DNA from: Candidatus Omnitrophota bacterium
GTDB lineage: Bacteria > Omnitrophota > Gorgyraeia > Gygaellales > Profunditerraquicolaceae
Length of the DNA: 26,844 nucleotides
Assembly: GCA_028717985.1 (NCBI GenBank)
Contig: JAQUMS010000001.1
Span: 1-26,844 of the forward strand
Direction: 5' to 3'
A program made the translations under genes and the position numbers. Of this stretch, positions 1 through 12,300 are shown piece after piece. The notes under the pieces are model-generated. The model was not told the DNA's origin. It did no database searches and saw only the letters and a program-made list of their open reading frames with translations. Position 1 is the stretch's first letter; every line of letters begins with the position of its first letter.

Positions 1-1
1 A

Positions 2-307
2 AGCCATCAAGAGAGAAACAGCGGCGCCGAAATAAATACTCGACTGAAACATGGATTTAAATTTCACCGCGAACTTTTTATCAAAAGCTTCTTCAAGCAG
101 GAACTGAACAACGGCAGTAAAGAATACAACTTTATACGCATATTCTCCGAATGCAAAGCCGTTTAGCACAACTGACTGATAAAAATAAGCCGTGTTAAAC
201 ACAATATCCCGGTTCATAGCTACCATACCTATGATAAACGTAAGTATATTAAATATCCTCAGATTGGTCTTAGTATACAATTTTAAGACTGCATTATCCG
301 TGGCTGA
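2..307 (-). other. Start of a hydrophobic, probably multi-pass membrane module (truncated by the window edge)
   Basis: After DGG at 308-316: LRIFNILTFIIGMVAM, VVFFTAVVQFLL, SIYFGAAVSLLMA, which are hydrophobic stretches of TM-like character. Family not assignable. Confidence 0.55.
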
Positions 308-3300
308 ACCTCCATCCTGCTCGAAAACTGATTTACCGGATGCCCCGTTAAATGTCATCGCGTCCCAATACATAAGAATATATTTTATGGCGCTGTTATT
401 CCAGGAGAAATCAACTTTGCGTAAATTTTCCAGTATTCGCAGCCAATGGTCTTCCTGAGAATACGTTTCCAGCGCCCTCTGGATCGCTTCCTGCAACGCT
501 TCAGGCGTCGGATCAAAAAACACAAAGCCGTATCCGGTCTTGCGCAAAGGATCATAATTTTCAATCGTATCCGCCAACCCTCCTACATACCGCACCACCG
601 CGGGCGTTCCGTAACGGGCAGCGATCATCTGAGTCAACCCGCACGGTTCATCAAGAGAGGGAACAAGGAAAATATCCGCGGAGGCGTATACGAGATGAAC
701 AATACTTTCATCAAGGAACTTAGGAAGGATGTACGCCCGGCCGCGGAAATCCCACTTCCCTTCAGGGTCGTATTCAAACGGCAGCCAACGAATCTGGTCA
801 ACAGACTGTTTGTCATATTCCCTGCCGGCAACAATGATCTGAGCGTTACGGTTTGCCTTCAAAATGTCGCGAATTTTAGCCGCAAGCAAACCTACTCCTT
901 TTTGGTCATCCAACCGGGCGATCAAAGCGATAACCGGCGCGGTCCGGTCAACTTTTAACCCTAATAATTTTTGGAGCACTTCCTTATTATTGCGTTTTTG
1001 CTCAAAACTTTCCCTGACATTGCCGTGCGCGAAGTCATACCGGAACGGTAAAATAGGATCAGTTGCCGGATTATAGAAATTATAATCAATACCGTTAATA
1101 ATACCGGAAAACCGGAATTCACGTGCTTTCTGTGATAACAACCAATCAAGATCCCTTCCGCCTTCGGCAGTAGTTAATTCGTACGCGTGGCGTTCGCTTA
1201 CGGTATTGGCTCTGTTGGATTTAACGATCCCGCCTTTCAATAAATTCATTGACCCGAAATTATCAAATACACCGCCATATTCATAGGGAAGATTCAACAG
1301 AGAGAACCGATCAAAAGAATGAACACCTTGATGCCGGATATTATTTATTGTCAGTATCGGCTGCATTCTGGAGAAATAATGCCTGAATTCGGGAAGCCCG
1401 TCTTTATAAACCAGAGATAACGCGCTGTCTTTATCATGCGCGTGAATAATATCGTAACTATTTTTATGTAATTCAGGGATATCTTTCATTGCCTGCAATG
1501 ATCCCCGTGATATAAGAATCGCCTGCTCAAGGCTTAGTTGATCCGAGTAAGGATATTCTGCCAATACACTGCCGCTTCCCACAGGTTCCAGCACATATCC
1601 GCGCAGGCGGCCTTTAAGATCGTGAATTCCCGGAAGAGTATGCAGGTTTGTCCTGTACACCTTCACTTCCACGGTCCAGGTACTGCCGATTGGAACCCAT
1701 ACGCTGCCGATATATTCGTAACGTAAATTTTGATCAGCGGGAGAATTAGTCGGCTTACTATATTTAAGGGTAAAGATATCAACATTATGCCCTATTTTAG
1801 CCAATTCCTTGGATAGACCATACCCGACATCGGCCAAACCTCCTACTTTATAGGTAAGACGGGTAACTTCAAGAGCAATTTCCGCGATCTGTAAACTCCG
1901 GAACGGCCTTTCCGGCCAGTCAGGGCGCAATAAAGTGATTACTTTCTTGAAATTAGCCGGCTGTAAATAATTACGTATATTTTTCCATGAACTTTCGTCG
2001 GCGGCGGGGATACGCAGACGGGAAACAGCCCGTAAAACAGTACTCATTAATTTAAGCGCTAATTCTTCGCTCGAAAAATCGTCTAATTTTTCAAAAATGT
2101 AGAGCGTCCGGCTGATAATATCAAAATACATTTCGGGAACCGGACGCGACGCTTCTTTAATAAGAATAATATTGCTTTCCCGTACCGCGCGGTACACATC
2201 TATTTTCCCAACTCCATACGGCAATTCCAATTCAATGCCGGCAATAAGAACCAAGGCATGCAGATACAGATCCACATCACGCTTCGCGGGATCCTTCCAT
2301 TGCGACATAATAACCGGATTCACTCCCTGGATACGGTATCCGCGTTCTTCCAGACGCGCTTTTTCTATCTCTGCATATGCGACATTAATTTCTTTTGTCT
2401 GACCGCGGGCTGATTTTTTCCGGCTGGTTCCGCCATCTTCAAGCACGCGCACTGAAATAGATTTAGCTTCTGCTCCAACTTTACGGATGGTAAACGCGAG
2501 CGGTTCAGCTATGGAAGCCAATAAATAATGGATATCATTCTCGGTTATATTCTCAAACATTTCCTTGGTCGGGACTACGATCTCTCCGCTTATCTCCTGC
2601 CAGCCGAAATCAAGGTATGTTTCATTGATAATAGGGAAAATCGATTTTCTCGGCAATATCACGATCTTTTTCTCCGGGCCGCTCCTCGCGAAGATCAGAT
2701 TATGCGGAATATTATTTCTTAAGAACTGAGCAATAATCATACTTGTCAGACGGGCGACTCCTAACGCGTTCTCCGAACGGACCACGTAACTTTCAGCCGG
2801 ATAATCGACTGTTTTTTCAAACAATACGCCGGAAATATCTTCAACCGTTTCGGTAGCGAATTTCTCCACCGGTATCACACCCCAATAATAGAATCCCTGG
2901 ATATGAAGATGAAACACCCTCGTTCCGCCGCCAAGGCTGTTAAAACCAAGCCTGAAATTGGAAGCCTTGCTCATATCAAGCAGTGCGAGCGCAACACGGA
3001 TCTCGCGTTCACTGATCACCTGAGGAAGGTTAGCTTTACGTTCCGGCACCATAAAGAAATTATAAGCGACTCGGGGCTGAATATTGATAAACAAATCCGT
3101 ATTAACTCCTCCCACGTTCAGCGACATCAGAAGCTCTTGCGGATTGGCTTTATGGAAATTAAATTTAGAAGGATTATAACCCTGGATAGGCGGCATCAAT
3201 TGTTTCATAAGATTTATCGTCATGGGCCGGTCCGGATGGAAAAGAACCTTGAATTTTCCTTCATCCCGTAAGGAAACGCGGGAAATGTCAAAACCAAATA

Positions 3301-6300
3301 AACCCTGTTTGAATTTCCTGTCCCATTCTCTTTTAAGATTCCTGTCAAACTCACTTTCATCTCCTCCGTCATTTTCCCTGTTTTGAGCAATAATGCCTCC
3401 TTGAGGCATGAAACCAGAAGCAGAAAATGCGGCGCCTTTTTCCGGCGCTAAAGGATACTGTATGCCCACGGCAGAAATACCGGCAATTTCTTCCAGCCGG
3501 GCCAACACGGAAGGCACCGAGTAAAGTTCATCAGTATTGAAAATTTTCCCTTCCGCTTTACGATAATTACGGGTATACCCGATAAGCAATTCAACGGTTT
3601 TCGGCGTCACCACCCATTCTTCATCAAAAACATATCCCCTTTTCGCTAACGCGCGGTGTATCGCGCCGAGCATATGGCTGCCAAAACCCGTCACGGTTTT
3701 TAATTGCGGCTGTTTAAGCTGATCTTTAATAATCCGTGCCAACACGTCGCTGTTGACTTCGCCTATCATAAAAAGCTGAAGCACCCGCTTCAATACATCA
3801 TCATTTTCCCGAAGATATTCAAAAATATCGGCATATTCCTGATCTCTCACGCTTAACGACTGTTTCCACTTTTCAGAAACATCCCCTGATTGGATTTCCA
3901 GGAATACCGCCATAATGGGATTATGCGTAATTTCATTGATGTTAAAATTTGATTTTTGCACTTTGATGATGGAAACGGCATTTCTAATCATAACGGCAAA
4001 CAAATAATCCTCTTTCATCAGATCTTGCAGCACGGCATATTGTTTTTCGGATACCACAGCCCTGGTTTCAGCATACACAGAATGGTACGGAAGATTTTCA
4101 TCAAGAGCTCTCAGCACATACCGATACGGGCCTACAATGCCGCTCGCCTGTGCAAGAGTTAATGATGATTTGTGAGCAATAATATCCTTGGCTTTATTAA
4201 GGATAATGAGCCTCTTATCCCAGAAGCCTATACCAAGAGCGGAATCAGCCTGAACGATCAATTCTTTAAGCTCGTCATTCTTTTTAACTTCGATCAATAG
4301 AGCTTCATACTCGGCGCTTGTCATTAAATTTTGCGCTTCGATATCCAAACCGCGATACGATACGTTATCAGCTAAACCTTCGAATATATATATATACCTG
4401 CCAAACAATTTTCGTGCAGACCAAAAATCTATTCTTTTGTCGAGCGCTAAAACTAAAGATGCTTTTTTGATTAACGATCCCGTGATATCGCGTTGATGAA
4501 TATAAATATTTCGCATAGCGTTGTTCACGATCTTGGTAAACTCAATATCCCGCTTTTTGTTCCCCAGAATATTTTCATATTCATCCTGGCTGATATTATC
4601 CCAGGCACAATGGTCTAATTCCTGATACGCCAGGGACCGGGAAAGTCCGCGTAAAACAAAATACGTATTCCCGATCAATTTGACGGCATCTTCCGGAGAC
4701 ATATTCGCGTTCTTTTTCGCGGCCAATACCTGGGCCCTCCCCATTAATATCTTTCTCCAGCCGTTCTTGGCAATAACCATCTGGTCGGCATGTATAATAT
4801 AATCAGCAAACATTTCATCCCGTTTCATTTCACCGAGCAAAAATTCATATGACGCTTTTACAAGGATTTTCTGCCTGCCCACAGGAGATATTTCAAACTG
4901 CTGGGCATGCGCCAGAGAATGAATAATAAGATAATTGTGGTTAATTTTAGCCTTAGCCTGAGTTATGCCCACTATTTCTTCGTCATTCACAATTTTGCGG
5001 GCACTGGCTAAAATTTTATTTTTGATGCCTTCCATCCTTATATTTATAGCCTTGCCGGAGGCGCGGACTATTTTTCTTCCGAAACCGGCGTCATCTACTA
5101 TCTCCCGGGCAAGATAATAATATATCCCTGCGGACAGTTGGCGCCGCGCGTAATCGCTTAGGGAAGAATACGGCATGCCTTCCGCTAAAATCCTCATTAC
5201 CTCAAAATGATACCCGATCAAACCTTCAGCCAACGCCCTGCTGATCTTACCTTCCTGTAAAAGCAGTAAATCCGCCTTGTCCTCCAAAACCTGTTTGTAA
5301 TATTCCGGAGTCACATCGATACCGGAGATACTTCCAGTTACCGCGCTCCTGAAAACAGGATTTCCAGTTAATGTTTCAACTATTTCATTATACGTATGGA
5401 ATGAAACCATTTCTAAACCGTTGCTGTGTAATTCCACGTATTTCAAGCCGCGGGCCAAGCCGAGTAAAACATAGGCATAATTGCCGATAAGTTTAAGACT
5501 ATCTTTAAGAATCAACTTCCCGTTTTCCGAGTCCGCCAATATCTTTGCTCTTTCCCAAACAGACTCGTGTTTAACCTTATCAGCCAAAACCATAGTGTCA
5601 GCTTCTGTTATAACCATTCCGAAAAGTTTATCGTTTACCATCTCGTCCTGCAAATACTCATAGGAATCCTCAGCTATGGTATTACGAAAATCTTCGCGCA
5701 AAGAAGAATACGGAAGGGAAACCGCAAGGGCATGTATAATATAATAGTATCTGCCGACGATATCCCGGGCCTCAAGAATATTCATCACCTCGCCTTTTGC
5801 CTTGATAGCGAGAGCTTTATCCGAAAAGGTTTTCTTTATTTGTAAAATCTTTATATTAACAATCTTGTGGGAGGCGGTTCTAATTGTTTTCTTAAAATGC
5901 GCATCAACGCCCATCAGGCTCAAAAGATATTCATAATTCTCCATTGCGATTTTTCTCTGGGCGCCTTTCTGAAGGCTGTCATACGCTGTACCGTTAGCCA
6001 GCGCCATAATAATATTCAACTGGTATCTGGAAATTAACTTCACGGCTTCCACTTCGCTCACCGGCGCGCGTAAAGCCCCAAGAATATCCGCTTTTTTGAG
6101 CAAAGTATCTTTAATATTCATCACCATTTTCTTGCGTGTTACAAGTATTTCATTCCCGGATTGGTTTTTGATACCGGAAGTAATAACGGTATTTTTATCA
6201 GCTATTCCACCGTCAAAAAACCGTTCGGGGCTTTCAAGGTCAACTTCGCATTTAAATCCGGATTGGGCAGGTTCACAGCTAAACATCCTGTAATATTGGA

Positions 6301-9300
6301 TCCGGGAAATAAGGCGGACTTCAAGCTTTTCAAGCAAAGCGACAAATTTCTTATATTCAGGAATTTCATGTGAACCGACGTATTCAAGATAATCCATCAT
6401 ATATTTTGAATCGGGCATATCTTCAAAAAGCTTGCGCAGGTAATTCATATAATCATGAAAAGAAACACCGCCCTTGCCGTTTACCTGTTTCATGGTAAAG
6501 AGAAAATCCTGTAATCCCGCGCTGTCCGCCATCCATCTGCCGCGAAGCGTATAAAATTCAAACGGTTTCATGTCGAATTTCCCTGAATTAAGCACGGTTT
6601 CCGCATTATCCAAGGTTGCTTTATTGATAAATGCTTCAACCAGGTTTTCTTCCATTTTCTCGTTTAATTTCTCAACAAATCTGAACAGAAAATAAGCTTT
6701 CAGGAAAGACGGCACGGGCTCCTGGGCAATTGTCTGTAAATACGCCATGATCTCTTCCCATCCCTTAACCCCTTTGAACATTGCGTCCATATATTTAATA
6801 AAATCCATAAAATCATTTTCAATAACAGGTTCGGCATGACGGTTAGCTATAAGATTTTTTAATACGGTTTCAAAACTCTTCAACCCGCTCGTCTCCGCGG
6901 TTACCGGACCGGAAACCGTTCTAAACGAAAAACTGTTGACGTTTTTATTCCCGATCATAAGAGTAGCCATCTGTTCTATCGTTAAACCGTTGACCCATGA
7001 TTCCACCAATCGATATTCGGAGCGCCGGGTAAACTGTTTCAGGAGCTCAAGCAGTTCTTTCATTTTTTCCTCGTCACTGATCTGCTTTGACCCGATGAAA
7101 CGCATATGTTTCACGAGTATATCTTTCGTGACGCATCCTTCGCATAAACCCGCGATATACCGGATAAAATGATAAAACGGCGTCCGGATCGTTGTCCCAT
7201 TTTTAAGAAGCATATTCGCCTTATTCATAAAACCGATTATACCCGCGGAATTAGCATACTGCATGCCTTCCGAAGTTTCGAAACCAAAGGGGAACATGCC
7301 GAATTTACCGAATAAAATATTCCGGGCATCGTTTACCTTGAAATCAACGGGGCACAAAGTTTCTATCAATTCATCTCCTTCAAGAGGATCATATTCTTCG
7401 GGAACAATCTCGAAAGACCTTACCTGCTGCCATAGGCCTGACGTCGCGCGGACCGTTCCTTTGAACGGCAAAGGAAAATCTTCCGGGATTGTGAGAGAAT
7501 ATTCAATCACGTTGTCATAAATCTTCCTCACGGGAGAGAACTTCAATCTGATCCCATGATCATTCACCAGTTCAACAAAAATGCTGTCTTCAGGTACCCT
7601 CGAACTGCCGAATGGCGCAAACTCAGGATCAACGCTGATACTAAGCGTTAAAATCAGATTCTTTGCCAGGTTTCCGACCTCTTTCTTTTTACCCATCAGA
7701 TAAAATTCATTTTCATCTTTGAAAATTGAGATCTCTCCCCGGGATGTTGTTGAAGTTAATGTGAGATATTTACTATCTATGCCGATTTCTCCTACCACAC
7801 GGGGATTTACAACCGCCCGTTTTCCTCTGAAACCGTTGTGCCAGAAACGTAAATACGCGGCCGCGGTATAACGAGCGTCAACAAAGCCGCTAATTTTATA
7901 GGCGTATGATTGTAATTGAGAAAGTTCGCCTGACTGATACTGTTCGTTCGCCCATAAGACTACTTTCAAATAAGATTCGGCGCTATCTTTTTCCGGCATT
8001 AAAACATTCCCGGTCATCTTTTCGCGGTTGACCAAATCACCCATAAAAGGAATCATACCTTCCCAATATGGAGTAGCCAACTGTAACCCGCCATTAGCCC
8101 CTATATCAGATTCAGTTGACCCGGCGGCCTCAGTTTCCCTGTCTGAATCCTGGATCTGAACATCGGTAGCGGCTAACGCCTTTCTTTGATCGTCAATGCT
8201 AAACTGGCTCTTAAAAATAAACCGCCCGGAATACACGTCCGGTTCTTTTTCTTTTTTAGATTTTAGATCAGCCTCCAGAGCTTCCAATTCCCCTCTCATT
8301 ACCGGATTCCAACGGGCAACTCCATAAATCACTACCTGTATCCCGGCTTTTACCATAGCTTCGATATTTACGTTGGTAAAAGCACGCTTTCGGCCGGCTT
8401 TTTCCGGAACAAGCCTGCCGAAATAACCGACAACCATCTGATACTGATTTAAACCCATTTCTTTTTTAACATATGATTTTGCCGCTAAAATTTCCAGCGG
8501 CGTAGGATGCAGATAATCACGTGAACCGGTTTTGATCAACGCATCCCTGAAAAATTCCGAAGAATACACGTAATTATCACCGTTAGTAACGCCGAAAAGA
8601 TCAACTGCCGGATCATATTTGTTTACTTCAAACGCGTGAACCGCCGCCACAGCTTTTGAGACATCGGAAGCCCGGACGCCGCCGCTGGTCAAATCCCAGA
8701 CAACTTTCCAGGTGCCGTAATCGTCTACAAAAATGTGCAGGAACAACCACAACCATTCATCCGGAATACCCGCCTTGCGTAAGAAGTTCTTTCCAAATTC
8801 AAAATCATCCGCCCACGCACGGTTATAATACGTGTGAGTAGTCCCGGAGAACAGCGCCGAGTTCATTATTTCAAATGCCTCATCCTTATCCGGCGCGGGA
8901 GCAATACTTTCTTTCTTACTATAAAAAGCCTTTCTAAAGGCGGCAACAGGCAATGTCTGCGCGTCGTTAGAATCTACAACACATGATTTATATTCCTCAT
9001 GAAGCAGTTCTTTTTCATGTTTTTTCTCAACTTCGCGTTTTCTGATCAATTCCAAAGCCGCTTTGTTGAAAAATTCGGTAAACTCCCAAATCGACGCGGG
9101 GCAATCGCACGTGCTGTATTCATAAAGGATGTTAATAATACGGCAGTGATAATTCTCGGGAATATCCCTTATTAAATAAATCGGAATCAGATTAACAGTA
9201 TCACCTCTCTTTACATTCAGGTATCCCTGGGCAACTTCAAACCGGACTTTACATCCCTGAATGAATGTTTCCATTGTTGCGTACGGTTTGATATCGGTTA

Positions 9301-12300
9301 TCGGATTGGGAAGTGATCCGTAATCAACCGTGTACAAATTGCCAAAACTATCCCTTGAATGCAAATACCAGGGAGCAACATAAATGCTATCCGCTCCTAA
9401 TTCAAACATAGCGTTTCCATGATACAATTCAACCCGGCCCAGGCCGCCGGCCATAGGGGAAATTTCCGCTGTTAAATGGTAAATACTTCTCCCTGTCAGT
9501 TCATACGCCTGCATTTTCAACCAATCCTGCACAGCACGTTCATAATCAAGATTTAAAGCAATTGCATCTTCTAACGCGGAGTTTCTCGGACCGCTTAAAA
9601 TCCAATCAGCCATAGTTTTACGGGATGATTCATCAAAAAACATTATTGCCCGGAGAATCACGTGATTTACCTCAACCGGATATCTGCCCCACAAAGCGGT
9701 AACTTTAGCGTATTCCGCGATCACATTAAGAAATTCTTCTTTGCCATGAATAAACCCTTCAGCAAGATCAACATTGATATCTTCCACGTTTCTGGACCAT
9801 ACCGCGTATAACCGGGCATTAAGATCAACGGTAACTTTATCTTCTTCAACGCTAAAATCTTTCCGGTTGCCGCTTTTTGCATTAACAATCAAACCTCTGC
9901 GGCGCAGGCCGTTCAACAAAGAAATCACGTGATCTCTATCCCAGGTAAAACCATGTGCTTCAAAAACATCTTTGGTTTTCTTTAAAATCCTATTTACGGT
10001 AATCTGGCGTGACGATCTTTCATTTAATTCCGAGATTGCCCATACCACCATAAAAGATTTAACCCATTCCGGATCATGAATACCGCGAATAGATTGTTTA
10101 TCCGGGAATGGCCAGGGGATTTCATAACTTCTCTGTCCCGCTTCCGTTCCCGTTGAATAGGCATTCGCAGGAGATATTACATTCCCATTAAGATATCCCG
10201 GATACGTTTCAATACCTCCATCAGACTGCTTCCTCTGCATGATATCTTTGATACGTTCCAAAAATTCATCGTAATCAGCTAAACCCAAATATTGTTTCCC
10301 ATCTATATGAACAACAGAAACGCCCGCTATCTTTAATATTACAGAAATATCGGGAAGAATAACTTCTTCATCCCCCAACGCAACGCGTGTTTGATATTCC
10401 TTAGCTTCTTTTTGAGTAAAATAGAACAAGGTTAATTTTTTATGGTCATATTTAATAAAGAATGTTTTAGGCCTCATCCCGGCTTCTATTTCCATTTCTT
10501 TTAAGACTTTCTGATCAGGTTGAACTGCCGTTATAATGATCCCGCCTTTGCCTTTTCCATTATAAATTTCTTCAAGAGAAGACCCTTCCAGTTGAGATCT
10601 GGAATCTTCGGCCGTTATACCGTTAGCCATCTGGTGGTTAAATCTTTTAAGATTTTCAATTCTTTTCCAGGTAGCAGGAGTGGAAGGAATACGCATTGTC
10701 CTCACAACTGGCTTTTCCCCCCCGTCTCTATAATTTATATCTTTTACTATCTTACTATTAACAAAATTGTCCTTCCCCATTCTGTCCTCAAAAAATTCAG
10801 GGCTATTTTTGTCTCCTAGTTGTAAAAAATCATTTAAATTATTTTCAATATCCAACAAAATCTTATTAATTAATAACAGCTTTTCAGTTTCTAAATTTAA
10901 TTTTGAAATACTCTTTAGAGTAATATATTTATTTATTAAAAAATTTATTTTCAATAGCCTTTCAATATCGTTTTTATTGAATTTTGCTTCGGGGAATCTT
11001 TTTTTATACATATATCGAATCCATTCTGATTTAGCTCGTGCGATAAAAGACAAAGTTGATTCACGTATAATACCAAGTTTACGATCTTCATAAATTAAAC
11101 TTATAGATTTCAATTCTGTAGTAAATATTTTCTTAAAATATGCATCTGAATTATTAATTTGCTGCTGTATACCCGCAGCAATACTTCCGTCAAATATTCC
11201 ATCCCATTCATCTAATTCTTTTTCTTCTCTCTGAGAAAGAGTATAATATCTTTCCACTTCAGCAGGCATCTGTCCGTACACTAATTCCCCTATTTCTGCA
11301 CCCCTTATAAAGGTACGAGCAATAATCTCCCTCCCAAACTCGTGTCCTGGGACAAAAGAGCGGAACCAACAAGAATGAAGACTTATAATATCTTTTTCGA
11401 TTTCGACATCAGCTTTGCCCAAAATTACATTTTTTGAAAAATAATATACTTGGGCTGAAGATAATTTTTCATCATAAAATTTCCACGCTTCAAATATCTG
11501 ATGACTTTCAGGAAACTCCCCATAATTACTAAACATTGGCAATAAACCTGTTTCCTCCAGAAAACCATACAAGATTCCTCGTGTTTCTTTAATGTCCTCT
11601 TTTCCTTCCCCACCGTCTTCTCCAGAGAAATCTTTTACTATTTCATGCAAGATACGAATCATACTTTCTTCTTTATACGCATATTTTCCGTTTATCTCGG
11701 AAAGCTTCACATCGGATACTTTGACAAAATACGATTTAATTCCTTTTCGTGCTAATTCCTCCTTAAGAGTATCCTTATTAAATTCCGCGGGATCTTCGGG
11801 AACAATTTTACTGTATTTTAATTCTCCAATCGCGATCCGTTTTTGGATTTCCGGTTGCTCCAAAATTTTCCTCTGTTCTTCTTTCAGCGCTTGAAACTTC
11901 CAATACGTTGCGGCATCAATCTCCTGAGGATCAAACAGAACTATATAATCACAGATATCCTTAAATTTAAAACTTTTGAAGGAAGTATTCATCCGAATGG
12001 AGCGTTCAATCAACTCTATCTGTTGTATTACAGAAAGACCTTTACTTTCCGTATCCTGCATTATTTTAAACATAAAAATTCTGGGGATATCTTTTCTGGC
12101 TGCCATTTCTTGAGGGATGCCTTCCGTCATCAAATTCGGCAGTAAAGATGTCACAAAACTACAATCGCCAAAAATAATCGCCTGTTTCGTTGAACGTATA
12201 CCTTCAATAGCTTCGAGATTCGCATATGAATATTCACCGGATTTCCGAAACGCATATGTCCTTATTTTTCCCTGTTGTACTCCTACTGCTTTCATTTCAA

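Noticed and set aside
2-307. MFS transporter call for the terminal membrane segment
   Set aside because: Only about 100 aa are visible and there is no clear MFS motif A; reported only as hydrophobic.
1900-2428. Segment upstream of the GT5 domain as a known accessory domain
   Set aside because: No motif could be recognised with confidence; left unannotated.
10740-11160. AT-rich stretches (also 14820-15000) as intergenic regions or promoters
   Set aside because: The main frame stays open through them with plausible protein sequence and there is no stop/start pair.
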